DNA of 64,000 bases from Escherichia coli (GCF_011045215.1 NZ_CP049201.1); one strand, 5' to 3'. Shown: positions 9,071 to 19,357, counted from the stretch's first letter. The notes: generated from the letters alone by a model not told the origin. Numbers and translations: made by a program.

Positions 9071-11899
9071 ATGGGTTTCCCGCTGTTTAAAAAGAAAGTG
9101 AAACCGGCAATATCTGCAGAGACGACCGTGTCAGCAGAATGCGCGCAGCATTCCGGAGGCGATGACGCCGGTACTCCCCGTAACCAGACCCGCCCCGGGC
9201 GAATGACCCGTCAGGAGGAGGCGAAGATTTACCATGCGGGCCCGTCCATTATTGATTTTCTGCCCTGGGTGGAATATCTGGATGAAGAGCAGTGCCTGCT
9301 GCTGGATGACGGAGTGTCGGTCGGTGCCGTGTATGAGGTGACACCTGCGGCCACGGAAGGGCGCACGGCAGAGCGTCTTGAGCAAATCCGTGACACGGTG
9401 GAGGATGCCCTGCAGGACAGCTTTGATGAATACGACACTCACCCCTGGGTGGTGCAGTTCTTCTGTCAGGATGAAAATGATGTGGATGCGTATCTTGACC
9501 ATCTGAGGGGGTATGTGAAGCCCCGTGCGCAGCACACCGCTTTTACAGAGGCCTGGCTGGGCGAGATGGAACGGCATCTGCGGGGAATTGCCCGCCCGGA
9601 AGGGCTTTTCACGGACACGCTGGTGACCGGTCAGCCCTGGCGTGGTCAGCAGCGACGGACCCGGATGGTGGTGTACCGCCGTATCGGGAAAAACAGCCAT
9701 GACCCGATGCCGCCGGTGGCGATGCTGAACCAGGTGTGTGAACGCGTGGTGGGGGCGCTGGGCGGGGCGGGGGTGCGCTGTACCCGTCTGAACGGTCTGC
9801 AGGTACATGGCTGGCTGCTCAGACTGTTCAATCCCCGGCCGGCGTGGGTGGACAGGGACACACTGTACCGTCTGGCCACCCGTGCAGCGCCGCAGGAGAC
9901 ACCGGAGGGCATGATGCCGGTGATGACCGACTTTGCAGAAAGTCTCTGGTTCACGCCGCCGGTGTCGGATCCGGAAAACGGCGTGTGGTGGCTGGACGGA
10001 CTTCCGCATGCCGCCGTGGTGGTGGAGAAACTGCGTACACCCCCGGAGGCAGGGACGCTGACCGGTGAGAAGGCCCGGGGCGAAAAGACGGTGAATGCCC
10101 TGATGGATACGTTCCCTGAAGGCACCATGCTGTGCATGACCATTGTGGTACAGCCGCAGGACACACTCGAGGAGCGTTTTACCCGTCTGTCAAAAAATGC
10201 GGTCGGGGAAAACACAGAGTCCATTCGTGCCCGTCAGGATGTGGCCACCGTGAAGGAATATCTGGGGAACCGCCACAAACTTTACCGGGCGGGGATCAGT
10301 TTTCTGTTACGGGCTGAGGATATGGACAGCCTGAAGCGTAAGCGGGTGGCCCTGACCACGGCACTGCTGGGCGCCGGCCTGCAGCCGGTACGCCCGGAGT
10401 TTGATGTGGGGCCACTGAACAGCTGGCTGCGCGCGCTGCCCATGTGTTTTGACCCGGATACGGACAGGAAGCAGTGGTACACGCGTCTGATGTGGGTGCA
10501 GCATCTGGCTGGTCTCCTGCCGGTGACCGGGCGGGAGACGGGCACCGGTCACCCCGGATTCAGTTTCTTTAACCGGGGTGGGGATGTGCTGACCTTTGAT
10601 CCGCTGAATAAACTGGACCGCACCCAGAATGCGCACCTGCTGCTGTTTGGTCCGACCGGCGCCGGGAAATCCGCCACGCTGTGCTCCTCGCTGTCGCAGA
10701 TCATGGCCGTACATCGCCCCCGTCTTTTTATTGCTGAAGCCGGGAACTCGTTCGGGCTGCTGGCGGATTATTTTGAGAGCCTCGGGCTGAGCGTCAACAA
10801 AATCAGCGTGAAACCGGGCACCGGTGTCAGCCTGCCACCGTTTGCGGATGCACATCACCTGGTGGCACAGGGACAGACCCTGCAGGATGTGGATGAACAG
10901 ACACTGCCGGATATTGATGATGACACGCAGGACGTGAATGAGGACCAGCGCGATATCCTGGGAGAAATGGAGATCTCTGCCCGCATGATGATCACCGGGG
11001 GGGATCCGAAGGAAGAGGCGGCACTCAAACGGGCGGACAGGGCGATGATCCGTGAAGCCCTGCTGATGGCCACGCACACCACATACCGGGAGGGACGCCA
11101 GATGCTGCCGGCGGATTTGCAGTCGGCACTGTGGGAAATCTCCCGGGACAGTCAGCGAAATGAACTCCGGCGGACGAAAGCGGCAGAGATGGCGGAAGCG
11201 CTGGGGATGTTCACTCAGCCGGGCAGTTTTGAAGCGGAGCTGTTTAACCGGGAGGGGGCGCTGTGGCCGGAAGCGGATGTGACGCTGATTGACCTGGGGC
11301 ATCTGGCCCGTGAAGGGTATGAAGCCCAGATGGCGCTGACCATGGTGTCGATGACCAACATGATTAACAACATCGCGGAGCGTGACCAGTATCTGGGGCG
11401 GGACATTCTGTTTGCGGTGGATGAGGCACACATTGTGACGGTGAATCCGTTGCTGTCCCCGTACATGACCAAGGTGGTGAAAATGTGGCGCAAGCTGGGC
11501 GCCTGGCTGTGGCTGGCCACGCAGAACCTGAAAGACTATCCGAATGTCGCCGAGAAGATGCTGAATATGGCCGAGTGGTGGGTGTGCCTGACCATGCCGC
11601 CGGAGGAGGTGAACAGCATTGCTCGTTTTAAGGCACTGACAGAGGAACAGAAAGCGGTGCTGCTGTCAGCCGGCAAACTGTCGGGGTGTTACACGGAAGG
11701 GGTGGTGCTGGCGAAGAAGGTGGAGGCGCTGTTCCGGGTGGTGCCCCCGAGTATTTACCTGGCGCTGGGGATGACGGAGAAGGAGGAGAAGGCGGAGCGC
11801 CGGGCGTTAATGAAAGCGCATCAGTGCAGCGAGCTGGAAGCCGCATTTCATGTGGCCCGGAAGCTGGACAGGCTGCGTGGGCTGGCTGACGGGGAGTAA
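9071..11899 (+). CDS. traC: Conjugative transfer ATPase (VirB4/TraC-like)
   Basis: 942-aa ORF with Walker A LLLFGPTGAGKSATL; size and position typical of VirB4-family ATPases. Confidence 0.85.
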   Translation: MGFPLFKKKVKPAISAETTVSAECAQHSGGDDAGTPRNQTRPGRMTRQEEAKIYHAGPSIIDFLPWVEYLDEEQCLLLDDGVSVGAVYEVTPAATEGRTAERLEQIRDTVEDALQDSFDEYDTHPWVVQFFCQDENDVDAYLDHLRGYVKPRAQHTAFTEAWLGEMERHLRGIARPEGLFTDTLVTGQPWRGQQRRTRMVVYRRIGKNSHDPMPPVAMLNQVCERVVGALGGAGVRCTRLNGLQVHGWLLRLFNPRPAWVDRDTLYRLATRAAPQETPEGMMPVMTDFAESLWFTPPVSDPENGVWWLDGLPHAAVVVEKLRTPPEAGTLTGEKARGEKTVNALMDTFPEGTMLCMTIVVQPQDTLEERFTRLSKNAVGENTESIRARQDVATVKEYLGNRHKLYRAGISFLLRAEDMDSLKRKRVALTTALLGAGLQPVRPEFDVGPLNSWLRALPMCFDPDTDRKQWYTRLMWVQHLAGLLPVTGRETGTGHPGFSFFNRGGDVLTFDPLNKLDRTQNAHLLLFGPTGAGKSATLCSSLSQIMAVHRPRLFIAEAGNSFGLLADYFESLGLSVNKISVKPGTGVSLPPFADAHHLVAQGQTLQDVDEQTLPDIDDDTQDVNEDQRDILGEMEISARMMITGGDPKEEAALKRADRAMIREALLMATHTTYREGRQMLPADLQSALWEISRDSQRNELRRTKAAEMAEALGMFTQPGSFEAELFNREGALWPEADVTLIDLGHLAREGYEAQMALTMVSMTNMINNIAERDQYLGRDILFAVDEAHIVTVNPLLSPYMTKVVKMWRKLGAWLWLATQNLKDYPNVAEKMLNMAEWWVCLTMPPEEVNSIARFKALTEEQKAVLLSAGKLSGCYTEGVVLAKKVEALFRVVPPSIYLALGMTEKEEKAERRALMKAHQCSELEAAFHVARKLDRLRGLADGE

Positions 11900-11903
11900 G
11901 ACG

Positions 11904-12284
11904 ATGCTGTGCCTGAAATATCCGGAGCCGGAAGAGGTGTCACAGGGGCATCCTGCCGGAAGTGTGTTTGTGCTGCCGCCACAGGGGCAGCCCGGTGCCA
12001 GCCGTGCCACCCGGGATAATCTTGAGCGTCTGCGCGGACATCTGCAGAAGCAACTGGGGCTGGTGACGCGTATCTGTTGCCAGCCTCAGCGTGTGGGGGT
12101 GAACAGCAGCGTGGCGGTGGCACTGGAAGGGGGGACGGGGCAAAAGGTGCATCTTCTGCTGACGGTAAGTGGTCATGAGGGCTGGCCGTCGGAGGAGGAG
12201 TATGCGCATCCCCGCTGGTATATCCCGGTGACCGATGCTGCTGATTTGTGTTATCTGCTGCTGTGGCTGGCTGAGTTACAGTGA
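11904..12284 (+). CDS. Hypothetical protein (126 aa) following the ATPase gene
   Basis: ATG 5 bp after the traC stop; same orientation; no recognisable motif. Confidence 0.4.
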   Translation: MLCLKYPEPEEVSQGHPAGSVFVLPPQGQPGASRATRDNLERLRGHLQKQLGLVTRICCQPQRVGVNSSVAVALEGGTGQKVHLLLTVSGHEGWPSEEEYAHPRWYIPVTDAADLCYLLLWLAELQ

Positions 12285-12383
12285 GGGGATATGTGCACTG
12301 ATTTTAATGCTGCTCCGGGGCTCGCACTGACCGGGATGACAGTGATATATGGCGTATTGCAGATTAAGTAAAGAGGATGAAGT

Positions 12384-12626
12384 ATGAACTCTGGTTATGA
12401 TTTACCGGGAGGGTTGGGGCCGGTAAGGGAACGGATAATCGATGACCCATGGTTTTTTCTGTCTGTCGCACTGATTCTGTTGGTCGTGGTATATGTCGTG
12501 TCACTGGGGCTGAAAGAAGTCATTTTCAGTGTCAGAAAGGGTAAAGGGAAGAGAAATATGCTCAGGAAGGCGTACCGCTCCCGGGGCTCTGCTGAGGTGC
12601 GGGGGATGAAAAAGTCTGAGAAATGA
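12384..12626 (+). CDS. Small membrane protein (80 aa)
   Basis: ORF with a central hydrophobic helix (FFLSVALILLVVVYVVSLGL), followed by a terminator. Confidence 0.4.
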   Translation: MNSGYDLPGGLGPVRERIIDDPWFFLSVALILLVVVYVVSLGLKEVIFSVRKGKGKRNMLRKAYRSRGSAEVRGMKKSEK

Positions 12627-12710
12627 ATCAGGTTATTATAAAAGGTGATATGTTTTTATTAGTATTACAGAACAGATATGTTATTTACAGCCTGATACAT
12701 TTTCCGTTTG

Positions 12711-12732
12711 CCGCACTCCGGTGCGGTTTTTT
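12711..12732 (+). terminator. Rho-independent terminator (CCGCAC-TCCG-GTGCGG followed by TTTTTT)
   Basis: Seen directly: 6-bp GC-rich stem, tetraloop and T-run about 85 bp after the 12384..12626 ORF. Confidence 0.6.
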
Positions 12733-12951
12733 CTTCCTGAATGTCTGTTTTTAACAGGGGCGCAGTGGCGGATGTGTATTCTGTGCTGCCCTGCGAGTAC
12801 CCGCAGAGTCATATCTGTTCATGAGCGATTCACATTGCTGCAGTTGAAATAACCCTGTACTTTTTGCAACAATATAAGGTGTTGGTAGTGTTTATTTTCC
12901 ATAATGACAAATCCGGAGTGATATTGCCTGCAGGTGGCGGGCATTTTTTTT

Positions 12952-13036
12952 AGTATATCTTCGCATGAGCCATTGCCATACCGCTGACTTTTTTTCGCGC
13001 TTACGTCACAGGTGATGGCTCAGCCGAAGATATACT
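12952..13036. repeat. Imperfect 26-bp inverted repeat with ~33-nt spacer
   Basis: Seen directly: AGTATATCTTCGCATGAGCCATTGCC (12952-12977) and GGTGATGGCTCAGCCGAAGATATACT (13011-13036) are near reverse complements. Confidence 0.5.
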
Positions 13037-13053
13037 GGTTGCAGAGATGAAGT

Positions 13054-13257
13054 ATGGCTGTTCGTTATAAAATTACGGCAATAATAATGAAGCCCGGTAA
13101 TCCACCGGTGCTCTGGACCCGTTACTCCGGAAATAAAATGACCCGGGCTGAGTGTGAGAATATGTTTTCCATTCCAAAAGAGCCTGGTCGTTCTTTTGGC
13201 GATAAGGTAAAAGTACAGGATTTTCTGTGTGTGGCGGTTGAAGGTGAAAAAGTCTGA
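13054..13257 (+). CDS. Small hypothetical protein (67 aa)
   Basis: ORF immediately downstream of the inverted repeat and followed by a terminator; coding status uncertain. Confidence 0.3.
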   Translation: MAVRYKITAIIMKPGNPPVLWTRYSGNKMTRAECENMFSIPKEPGRSFGDKVKVQDFLCVAVEGEKV

Positions 13258-13382
13258 AAATGCCATGTTGCAATAAAAATGAATGTTATATGATGATAAC
13301 ATCCGGGTTGCCAGGTGAACTGGCTCATGATGATATGATGAGGCATGAACGCTAAACCTCCTTACATTGAGACGTAATTTTT

Positions 13383-13407
13383 CCGGGCCTGGTTGCCCGG
13401 TTTTTTT
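13383..13407 (+). terminator. Rho-independent terminator (CCGGGC-CTGGTT-GCCCGG followed by TTTTTTT)
   Basis: Seen directly. Confidence 0.55.
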
Positions 13408-13608
13408 ATTACGGAATACACAAAAATCCGAAATGCGATATATGAACGGAACTTACGGGCAGTAATATTCTGTGAGTTTTCCCGGTGGCATACCTGTGCC
13501 ATGAGCGCCTTGTTCTGATGCCTTGTGGGCTGACAGGCAATAACAATATAGTGTGAAAAATGCCTGATTTCAGCGTGCCGTGGTTCCTCCGGATAATACA
13601 CCGTTGAA

Positions 13609-13824
13609 TTATTTTCTGAAAAACTTTCTGAGCAGGGCGCCAGCGATTAATAAGCCACTGCATATCAGTATGAGCAGAATTGAGACGCCAAAAGCGGGAG
13701 GTGGGCATTCCCATTCATTCGGGCATTCCCCGTTCAGATAAACAATGTATGTGCTGGTTGCGATATAACCCGCAATCAGTATTATCAGCACCAGTATGGT
13801 GTTAAATATTTTATACATCGGCAT
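13609..13824 (-). CDS. Small two-helix membrane protein (about 69-71 aa) with a CPNEWEC loop
   Basis: GGAG RBS just upstream of two in-frame ATGs; two long hydrophobic segments. Confidence 0.4.
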   Translation of the reverse strand: MPMYKIFNTILVLIILIAGYIATSTYIVYLNGECPNEWECPPPAFGVSILLILICSGLLIAGALLRKFFRK

Positions 13825-14002
13825 ACTCCGTGATTGTCCTGTGTCCTCTCCGGGATTCTGACAGCGCTCCGGGCTGATTGTTCATGAATTTTACCTGTTG
13901 CTCTTCCCGTTAATTTTCAGTATCCGGTTTTGAATTAATTGATGACCCTGCTTCCGGTTCTGCGCACGCTGTCAGGTATGTATTGCCTGACGGAGTCATT
14001 CC

Positions 14003-14398
14003 ATGTACCGGAAGCTGTTGTATTCCTTTCTTGCCCTGCCGGTGATATCAGTTGCCGGCACTGCCGTTTATACCGACTCGGCACATTTGCCGGTTAATCC
14101 GCCCCCTGATGTACAGGTTGTGTTGCTCGACGGGCCACAGCAACTGCAGGATGCTTTTTTCGGCCCGTTGCCGGCTGACCCTGAAGCTGCTGAGGTGGTT
14201 GTTCGTGAGCACATGCAGTCCCCTGAATGGCAGTCTGTACAGGCTGACCTTGCAGACCGTTACCGCCAGGTGACCCACGCCTGGTCGCTGGGGCTTAAAA
14301 AATACCCTGCGGTGGTGTTCGATGACCGGGAAGTGGTGTACGGCACCACCGATGTGGCACAGGCTGAACGACTCCGGAGTCAGGGAGGTCAGCCATGA
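14003..14398 (+). CDS. Secreted ICE protein (131 aa) with signal peptide
   Basis: N-terminal signal (LALPVISVAG); start of the second T4SS sub-cluster. Confidence 0.55.
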   Translation: MYRKLLYSFLALPVISVAGTAVYTDSAHLPVNPPPDVQVVLLDGPQQLQDAFFGPLPADPEAAEVVVREHMQSPEWQSVQADLADRYRQVTHAWSLGLKKYPAVVFDDREVVYGTTDVAQAERLRSQGGQP

Positions 14399-15369
14399 CG
14401 GGTCTGCGAACACGACGTTATGCTGGCGCATTTTTGTTGTGGACAGCGACTGTTTCTGTGGCTGACGCTTCCCTGAATACGGCACAGATAGTGGCCGGTG
14501 CCATTTCTCAGAGCTGCATCAGCTGGCGGGTCAGTGGTATCTGTTACTGGCTGCACTGCTCCTGGTCGGGGTGTCGGGTCAGAACGTCCGTGAAGGTCTC
14601 ACATTTTATTCCTGAAGCCGTGGTGTCCACCTATACCGCACCGGGTGGTAACCCCTGGCGGGAGATGGCTCTGGTCAGTCAGACATCCGGCGGTGTGGAG
14701 AACGCCATCAGCAGCGGGATTGCCGGGCTGTCTGCCGGCGGGGGAAACCCGGCAGATATGAAATCGCCGGGGCAGCGTAAATCTGCTATCCGTTTCAGAT
14801 ACGCGGATGCGCTGGGACATCCGGCCACGTTGCTTATCGGGGGCAGCATTCCCGGGTATTCGTGTGAATCAGCTGCCACACCACTGAGGCCTTATTTTCT
14901 CAGCACACTGGACAGTCTTGCCTGGCGCACCGGCATGCCTGAATCCCTTTATCCCGAAGCCATGATACCCGGCAGACGGGAGCTGGGAAGCCAGCGCAAT
15001 GCGGACATGTGGGGAAATATCTACCCCCGTTCCGGTTTTGTCAGCCAGACCGATGATGACAAAGCGGCTGCCCTGGTGGCCCAGCGGGTGGCGGATATTA
15101 TCACCCGCACCGGTGAGCCCCACGTCTATCAGTCTCTGCAGGGCCGAAAAAAAGATGGCTACTGGCCACCGGATGCGGTGGAAGAAAACACCGGCACCCG
15201 TAATCACAAGTGGCAGCGCCTGACCCCTTCTGTTTCTTCATCCTGCGCCGTGTTTCCGGATGGCAGCCATGCCGCGCCGGAGGACGGTAATGCCGCTTTT
15301 GCCCTGTGGCGTCCCTACAGTTGCTGTAAAAAGCGGGGCCAGAAATTCCTGGGCAGTACGAATTTTTAG
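14395..15369 (+). CDS. ICE T4SS periplasmic protein (TraU-like, tentative)
   Basis: Start overlaps previous stop; signal peptide; Cys- and Trp-rich 324-aa protein. Confidence 0.55.
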   Translation: MTGLRTRRYAGAFLLWTATVSVADASLNTAQIVAGAISQSCISWRVSGICYWLHCSWSGCRVRTSVKVSHFIPEAVVSTYTAPGGNPWREMALVSQTSGGVENAISSGIAGLSAGGGNPADMKSPGQRKSAIRFRYADALGHPATLLIGGSIPGYSCESAATPLRPYFLSTLDSLAWRTGMPESLYPEAMIPGRRELGSQRNADMWGNIYPRSGFVSQTDDDKAAALVAQRVADIITRTGEPHVYQSLQGRKKDGYWPPDAVEENTGTRNHKWQRLTPSVSSSCAVFPDGSHAAPEDGNAAFALWRPYSCCKKRGQKFLGSTNF

Positions 15370-15382
15370 AGGAAAGCAAATC

Positions 15383-16837
15383 ATGAAGCATAAACCACAA
15401 CTGACAAACATCGTGGCACTGGCGGTCATGCTGGCCTGCAGCACCATGGCCGGTGCGGCGGAGAATGAACGCAGTACGTTCGGTCTCTCCCTGCCACAGG
15501 TGAATGACAGTGCCATCGGGTACGGAAAATCCATTGACGGTGCCATCTCGGACAAACTGTTTTACACCCTGGGGGGCGGTTCAGTGATATCGCAGCCGGC
15601 AACCCGGAGCAACATGAAGAAGCTCGGGGTGGATATTGGCTGGAGCAGTAACCTGATGTGCGGCAACTTTGACCTGAAAACCACGGTGAGTAATCAGCTG
15701 AACGGGGTGACGGACGGTTTTAAAAACCTGATGGGGGATGTGATACAGGGGGCGACGGGGGCGGTGGCCAGCCTGCCGGCGATGATTATCCAGCGGGCGA
15801 ATCCGGGACTGTATGATGCCCTGACCAACGGGGTACTGCAGGCGAATGTGGCGTTCGACAAGGCACAGCTGAACTGCCAGAACATGGCGAAGCGCATGAT
15901 GGAGTTCTCGGACAGCAGCAAGTGGACACAGGCTGCGGTTATGGAGGAGTACAAGTCACTGGTTAACAGTGGTGAGGCGGATGCTGTCAGTGCAGATAAT
16001 AAAGCACAGAAAATGACCGGAAAAAAAGGGAGTACCTGGATTGGTGGGCAGAGTCGTGGTGGTGCCGGACAGCCGGCTATTCGGCCCACGCATGATCTGG
16101 CCGCGGCGGGTTTTAACATGATGAATAACCTGCCGGTCACCAGTACATCCACGATCAGTGCGGCCAGTTGTACCGGAAGTGTCTGCAGTAAGTTCAGCAA
16201 TGCTGAAGAGGCGGCAAAGGCGGTGGTGAAAGTGCTGGGCGATCGTTCCATGCGGACCTGCGTGAATGCAACAGAGTGTACCAGCGGAGATGAAGATCAG
16301 CAGCCGGGGACGTCTGTTGCCGGAACGGGGTTTGCCCCGATGCTGGAGGAAGCGGTGAAAGTGAATACAGAGCAACTGGTGAAACTGGTTAATGGCACGG
16401 AAAAACCGACAGCCGCAAATCTGGCCAGACTCCGGTCAGGCAGTCTGACGGTAACGGCCGGAGTGATTAAGGCGCTGCAACGGGATCCGGATAATGCGGC
16501 GCTGACCGGACGTCTGGCTGGCGAACTGGCCATGGCAGATACGGTGGAGACGGCACTGCTGATGCGCAGGATGATTATGACGGGGATGTCGGAACCAAAT
16601 GCAACAGAGCAGCCTCGTGCTGTTGCTGACGGGGAGCGTCGTATTGAGGCGCTGGACCGGGAGATTGCCGCGCTGAAAAACGAGATGGAACTGAAGCGTG
16701 AACTGGCCCGTAACAGCGTACTGACCATTATTGAGCGTGAGAATCAGCGTGTTGGCGTTAACCCGCAGACGGAAAGTGCGGACAGCTCTGATACCCGAAT
16801 TAATCAACTGGAGCAGGGAACAGATGAAGATGAATAA
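15383..16837 (+). CDS. ICE T4SS protein with signal peptide and C-terminal coiled coil (484 aa)
   Basis: RBS GAGGAAAG before ATG 15383; signal peptide MKHKPQLTNIVALAVMLACSTMAGAAE; coiled-coil-like C-terminus. Confidence 0.55.
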   Translation: MKHKPQLTNIVALAVMLACSTMAGAAENERSTFGLSLPQVNDSAIGYGKSIDGAISDKLFYTLGGGSVISQPATRSNMKKLGVDIGWSSNLMCGNFDLKTTVSNQLNGVTDGFKNLMGDVIQGATGAVASLPAMIIQRANPGLYDALTNGVLQANVAFDKAQLNCQNMAKRMMEFSDSSKWTQAAVMEEYKSLVNSGEADAVSADNKAQKMTGKKGSTWIGGQSRGGAGQPAIRPTHDLAAAGFNMMNNLPVTSTSTISAASCTGSVCSKFSNAEEAAKAVVKVLGDRSMRTCVNATECTSGDEDQQPGTSVAGTGFAPMLEEAVKVNTEQLVKLVNGTEKPTAANLARLRSGSLTVTAGVIKALQRDPDNAALTGRLAGELAMADTVETALLMRRMIMTGMSEPNATEQPRAVADGERRIEALDREIAALKNEMELKRELARNSVLTIIERENQRVGVNPQTESADSSDTRINQLEQGTDEDE

Positions 16838-17165
16838 ACGTAACGCCCGTCAGCGTCTGAAAGCGGTGCTGCTCACAGGCGGTATCCTGCTGGCATTTAT
16901 GGTGGTGGCGCTGTTCATTGCGGATGTGGCCATTCGTCATCCTGAAGGGACAGCTACGTTCAGTTCGTGGATGCGGGCTCACCGTTCTGGCTGGCTGCTC
17001 TGGCGTCTGTGCATTTATATCCTGCTGGGCTGGGGTATCTGGCGTATCGTGCATGCGCCGGGGTTCCGGGCGGAATACCGCCAGCCGTTGATGCGTATCT
17101 GTTGCGCCAGTGTGGCGTTTATTCTGGTCTGTGAATATGCGCTGCTGAAGGCGCAGGGAGGCTGA
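16824..17165 (+). CDS. ICE membrane protein (113 aa)
   Basis: ATG overlaps the upstream stop; multiple hydrophobic helices. Confidence 0.5.
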   Translation: MKMNKRNARQRLKAVLLTGGILLAFMVVALFIADVAIRHPEGTATFSSWMRAHRSGWLLWRLCIYILLGWGIWRIVHAPGFRAEYRQPLMRICCASVAFILVCEYALLKAQGG

Positions 17166-18754
17166 TGATGACAACAAACAGCTATCTTGAATATTTTCTG
17201 ACCCTGCTGGGCTGGCTGATTAATAACGGCCTGTGGGATGTGCTGCTGGGGACCGGGTTGTTTGCACTGCCGCTGGTATTTAAGGTGATTGGGATTTGGC
17301 TGCGGGTCAGGGAAGAAGGGGAGGATGAGGGGAATAAGGGACTTCTCTCGCTGCCCCGTATTGAACATGCACTGTACATGGGTTTTTTTGTGATTATCAG
17401 TTGCTGCGTGCCGCTGGTTAATGTCAGTCTGGGGACTATTGAGTATGACGGCAGTCGTGCAAAGCAGTGCGGAACATGGACGCCGAAGGCACCGGATAAG
17501 ACCGGGTATGCAGGTGTGATTTCCAGTATGGACGGTAAAACGGCGCAGATCCCGCTGTGGTGGCTGATGGTGCACAAACTTTCAAAAGGGGTGACTCAGG
17601 CCGCAGTGGCATCCATTCCCTGTACACCGGATATGCGACAGATGCGTTTTGAGGTTCAGCATACCCGGATCAACAATAAGGCACTGATTGAAGAGCTGCA
17701 GGATTTTACCAATGACTGCTACTCACTGGCGCTGTACAGCTGGAAGCACCAGGATCAGGGAATGACAACGGATAAAAATACGCTGCGGGATATTGAGTGG
17801 ATTGGCAGCAGGACATTTCAGTCGCGTTATTACAATGAACTGCAGTCGAAGATGCCGAGAAGTGCGTTTCCGTGGAATGCATCCCGTGACAGTGGACGCC
17901 CAAACACCGGTCGGGGTGGTTACCCGACCTGTAATGAGTGGTGGAGTGAGGCGGATGTCGGGCTGAAAAGTCGGGTGATGAAGCAGGCTGACCCCGGTAT
18001 GTGGCTGCGTCTGTCAGCAACAATGAAAATGATCGGGAATACAGGCAAGGAGTATGAAGAAGCGGTGATACGCCGTCTGGTCAGTCCGGTGAATATGACA
18101 GTGTCACATGGTGGCAGAGCCTATGCCGGTTATGGCGGGAATGCGGATTTGTCGCTGGATAATGCGGTGACCCGCGTGTTCTCAACGGGGGGCGTGGCGC
18201 TGGGGAGTCTGGCGGCGTTTCCGGCCCTGGATGCGATGCGACAGGCATTACCCATGGTACAGGGGATCCTGTTGATGGCTATTTACGTGATGTTACCGCT
18301 GATTCTGGCGTTTGCGGCGTACGAGATAAAGACGGTGATTACACTGACGTTTGTGATTTTTGCGACTAATTTCCTGACGTTCTGGTGGGAGCTGGCACGA
18401 TGGCTGGATTCATGGATGTTTACAGCGCTGTACAGTTCGGGAACACACAGCCGTTTCAATATGGCAGGGTTTCAGAATACCTCAGATGACCTGATTATGA
18501 ATCTGGTGATGGGCAGTATGTTCCTGATTCTGCCAGCGGTCTGGATGGGGGCATTATCTTGGGCCGGGGTGTATATTGGAGGAGCGATGACTCAAAGTAT
18601 GGGAGATGGCACCAGACAAGCTCAGGCATCAGGAGGCAGTGCTGTTAATATGTTGCAGGATGCTGGGTTGCGGGGGATGTCTGGGGGCACGTCAGCAGGC
18701 TCAACAGGCCAAACAGTAGGCTCGGTAGGTCAAAAATTGAATAAGCAAAAATAA
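17165..18754 (+). CDS. TraG N-terminal-domain-like polytopic membrane protein (mating-pair stabilisation-like)
   Basis: Start overlaps previous stop; 529 aa with several TM segments and a Gly/Ser-rich C-terminus; last gene of the T4SS block. Confidence 0.6.
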   Translation: MMTTNSYLEYFLTLLGWLINNGLWDVLLGTGLFALPLVFKVIGIWLRVREEGEDEGNKGLLSLPRIEHALYMGFFVIISCCVPLVNVSLGTIEYDGSRAKQCGTWTPKAPDKTGYAGVISSMDGKTAQIPLWWLMVHKLSKGVTQAAVASIPCTPDMRQMRFEVQHTRINNKALIEELQDFTNDCYSLALYSWKHQDQGMTTDKNTLRDIEWIGSRTFQSRYYNELQSKMPRSAFPWNASRDSGRPNTGRGGYPTCNEWWSEADVGLKSRVMKQADPGMWLRLSATMKMIGNTGKEYEEAVIRRLVSPVNMTVSHGGRAYAGYGGNADLSLDNAVTRVFSTGGVALGSLAAFPALDAMRQALPMVQGILLMAIYVMLPLILAFAAYEIKTVITLTFVIFATNFLTFWWELARWLDSWMFTALYSSGTHSRFNMAGFQNTSDDLIMNLVMGSMFLILPAVWMGALSWAGVYIGGAMTQSMGDGTRQAQASGGSAVNMLQDAGLRGMSGGTSAGSTGQTVGSVGQKLNKQK

Positions 18755-18823
18755 TTCCAGCGCGGTAAATATTAAATCAGGGGATTGAAGGATGCTCTGA
18801 AATCCCCGATTTTATGTTTTTAA

Positions 18824-19231
18824 TTAATTTCCATCGCGCTCCCATTGTTCTCTCCATATAGGACGCTCCCATTCTTCTCTCCATATAGGACGCTTCCATT
18901 GTTCTCCTTCGTACTCAAAATTCAAGTCATGCCTCTTTTCAAGACTATCACATTGTGTATTAAATCCGGCACCAACACATCGAAGAATGTATGCAACAGC
19001 CCATGTAAACGCCAGACACCCGAGAACTGCCGTGATACTGAAGAGTGCACAAACCACAATTCCGGTTAATCCAATAGCCAGCGGAAGCCGTCCAGTCCAG
19101 GCTGGCAGATGCCTTTTTCTGGCCGCATGAATCCAGAAGTTGTCCCACCGACGAAGCGTTCTTACGAGTCGTTTCCACTGAATGGCAAACCGTTGTCCTC
19201 TGAGATAAGCGGCTTTGTTAGTCGTTTTCAT
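18824..19231 (-). CDS. Membrane protein (135 aa) with a C-terminal W/R-rich tandem repeat
   Basis: Two hydrophobic helices; C-terminus EQWKRPIWREEWERPIWREQWER is encoded by the 27-bp tandem DNA repeat. Confidence 0.45.
   Translation of the reverse strand: MKTTNKAAYLRGQRFAIQWKRLVRTLRRWDNFWIHAARKRHLPAWTGRLPLAIGLTGIVVCALFSITAVLGCLAFTWAVAYILRCVGAGFNTQCDSLEKRHDLNFEYEGEQWKRPIWREEWERPIWREQWERDGN
18838..18907. repeat. Tandem 27-bp repeat (about 2.6 copies)
   Basis: Seen directly: GCTCCCATTGTTCTCTCCATATAGGAC followed by GCTCCCATTCTTCTCTCCATATAGGAC and a partial third unit. Confidence 0.8.
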
Positions 19232-19357
19232 AAGAAAAACTCCTAATTTTCAGTCCTATGTAATGAATTTAATGTTCAAACTATAAGCCATTTTTGTATA
19301 AATATAGGTGAAAAACCATACAGAATCTACCGATAAATGTCTCAAAAGGAGGTGTAA

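Noticed and set aside
10307-11431. 374-aa ORF on the minus strand
   Set aside because: Antisense to the VirB4/TraC-like ATPase gene, which has a clear Walker A motif and operon context; no RBS or motif support.
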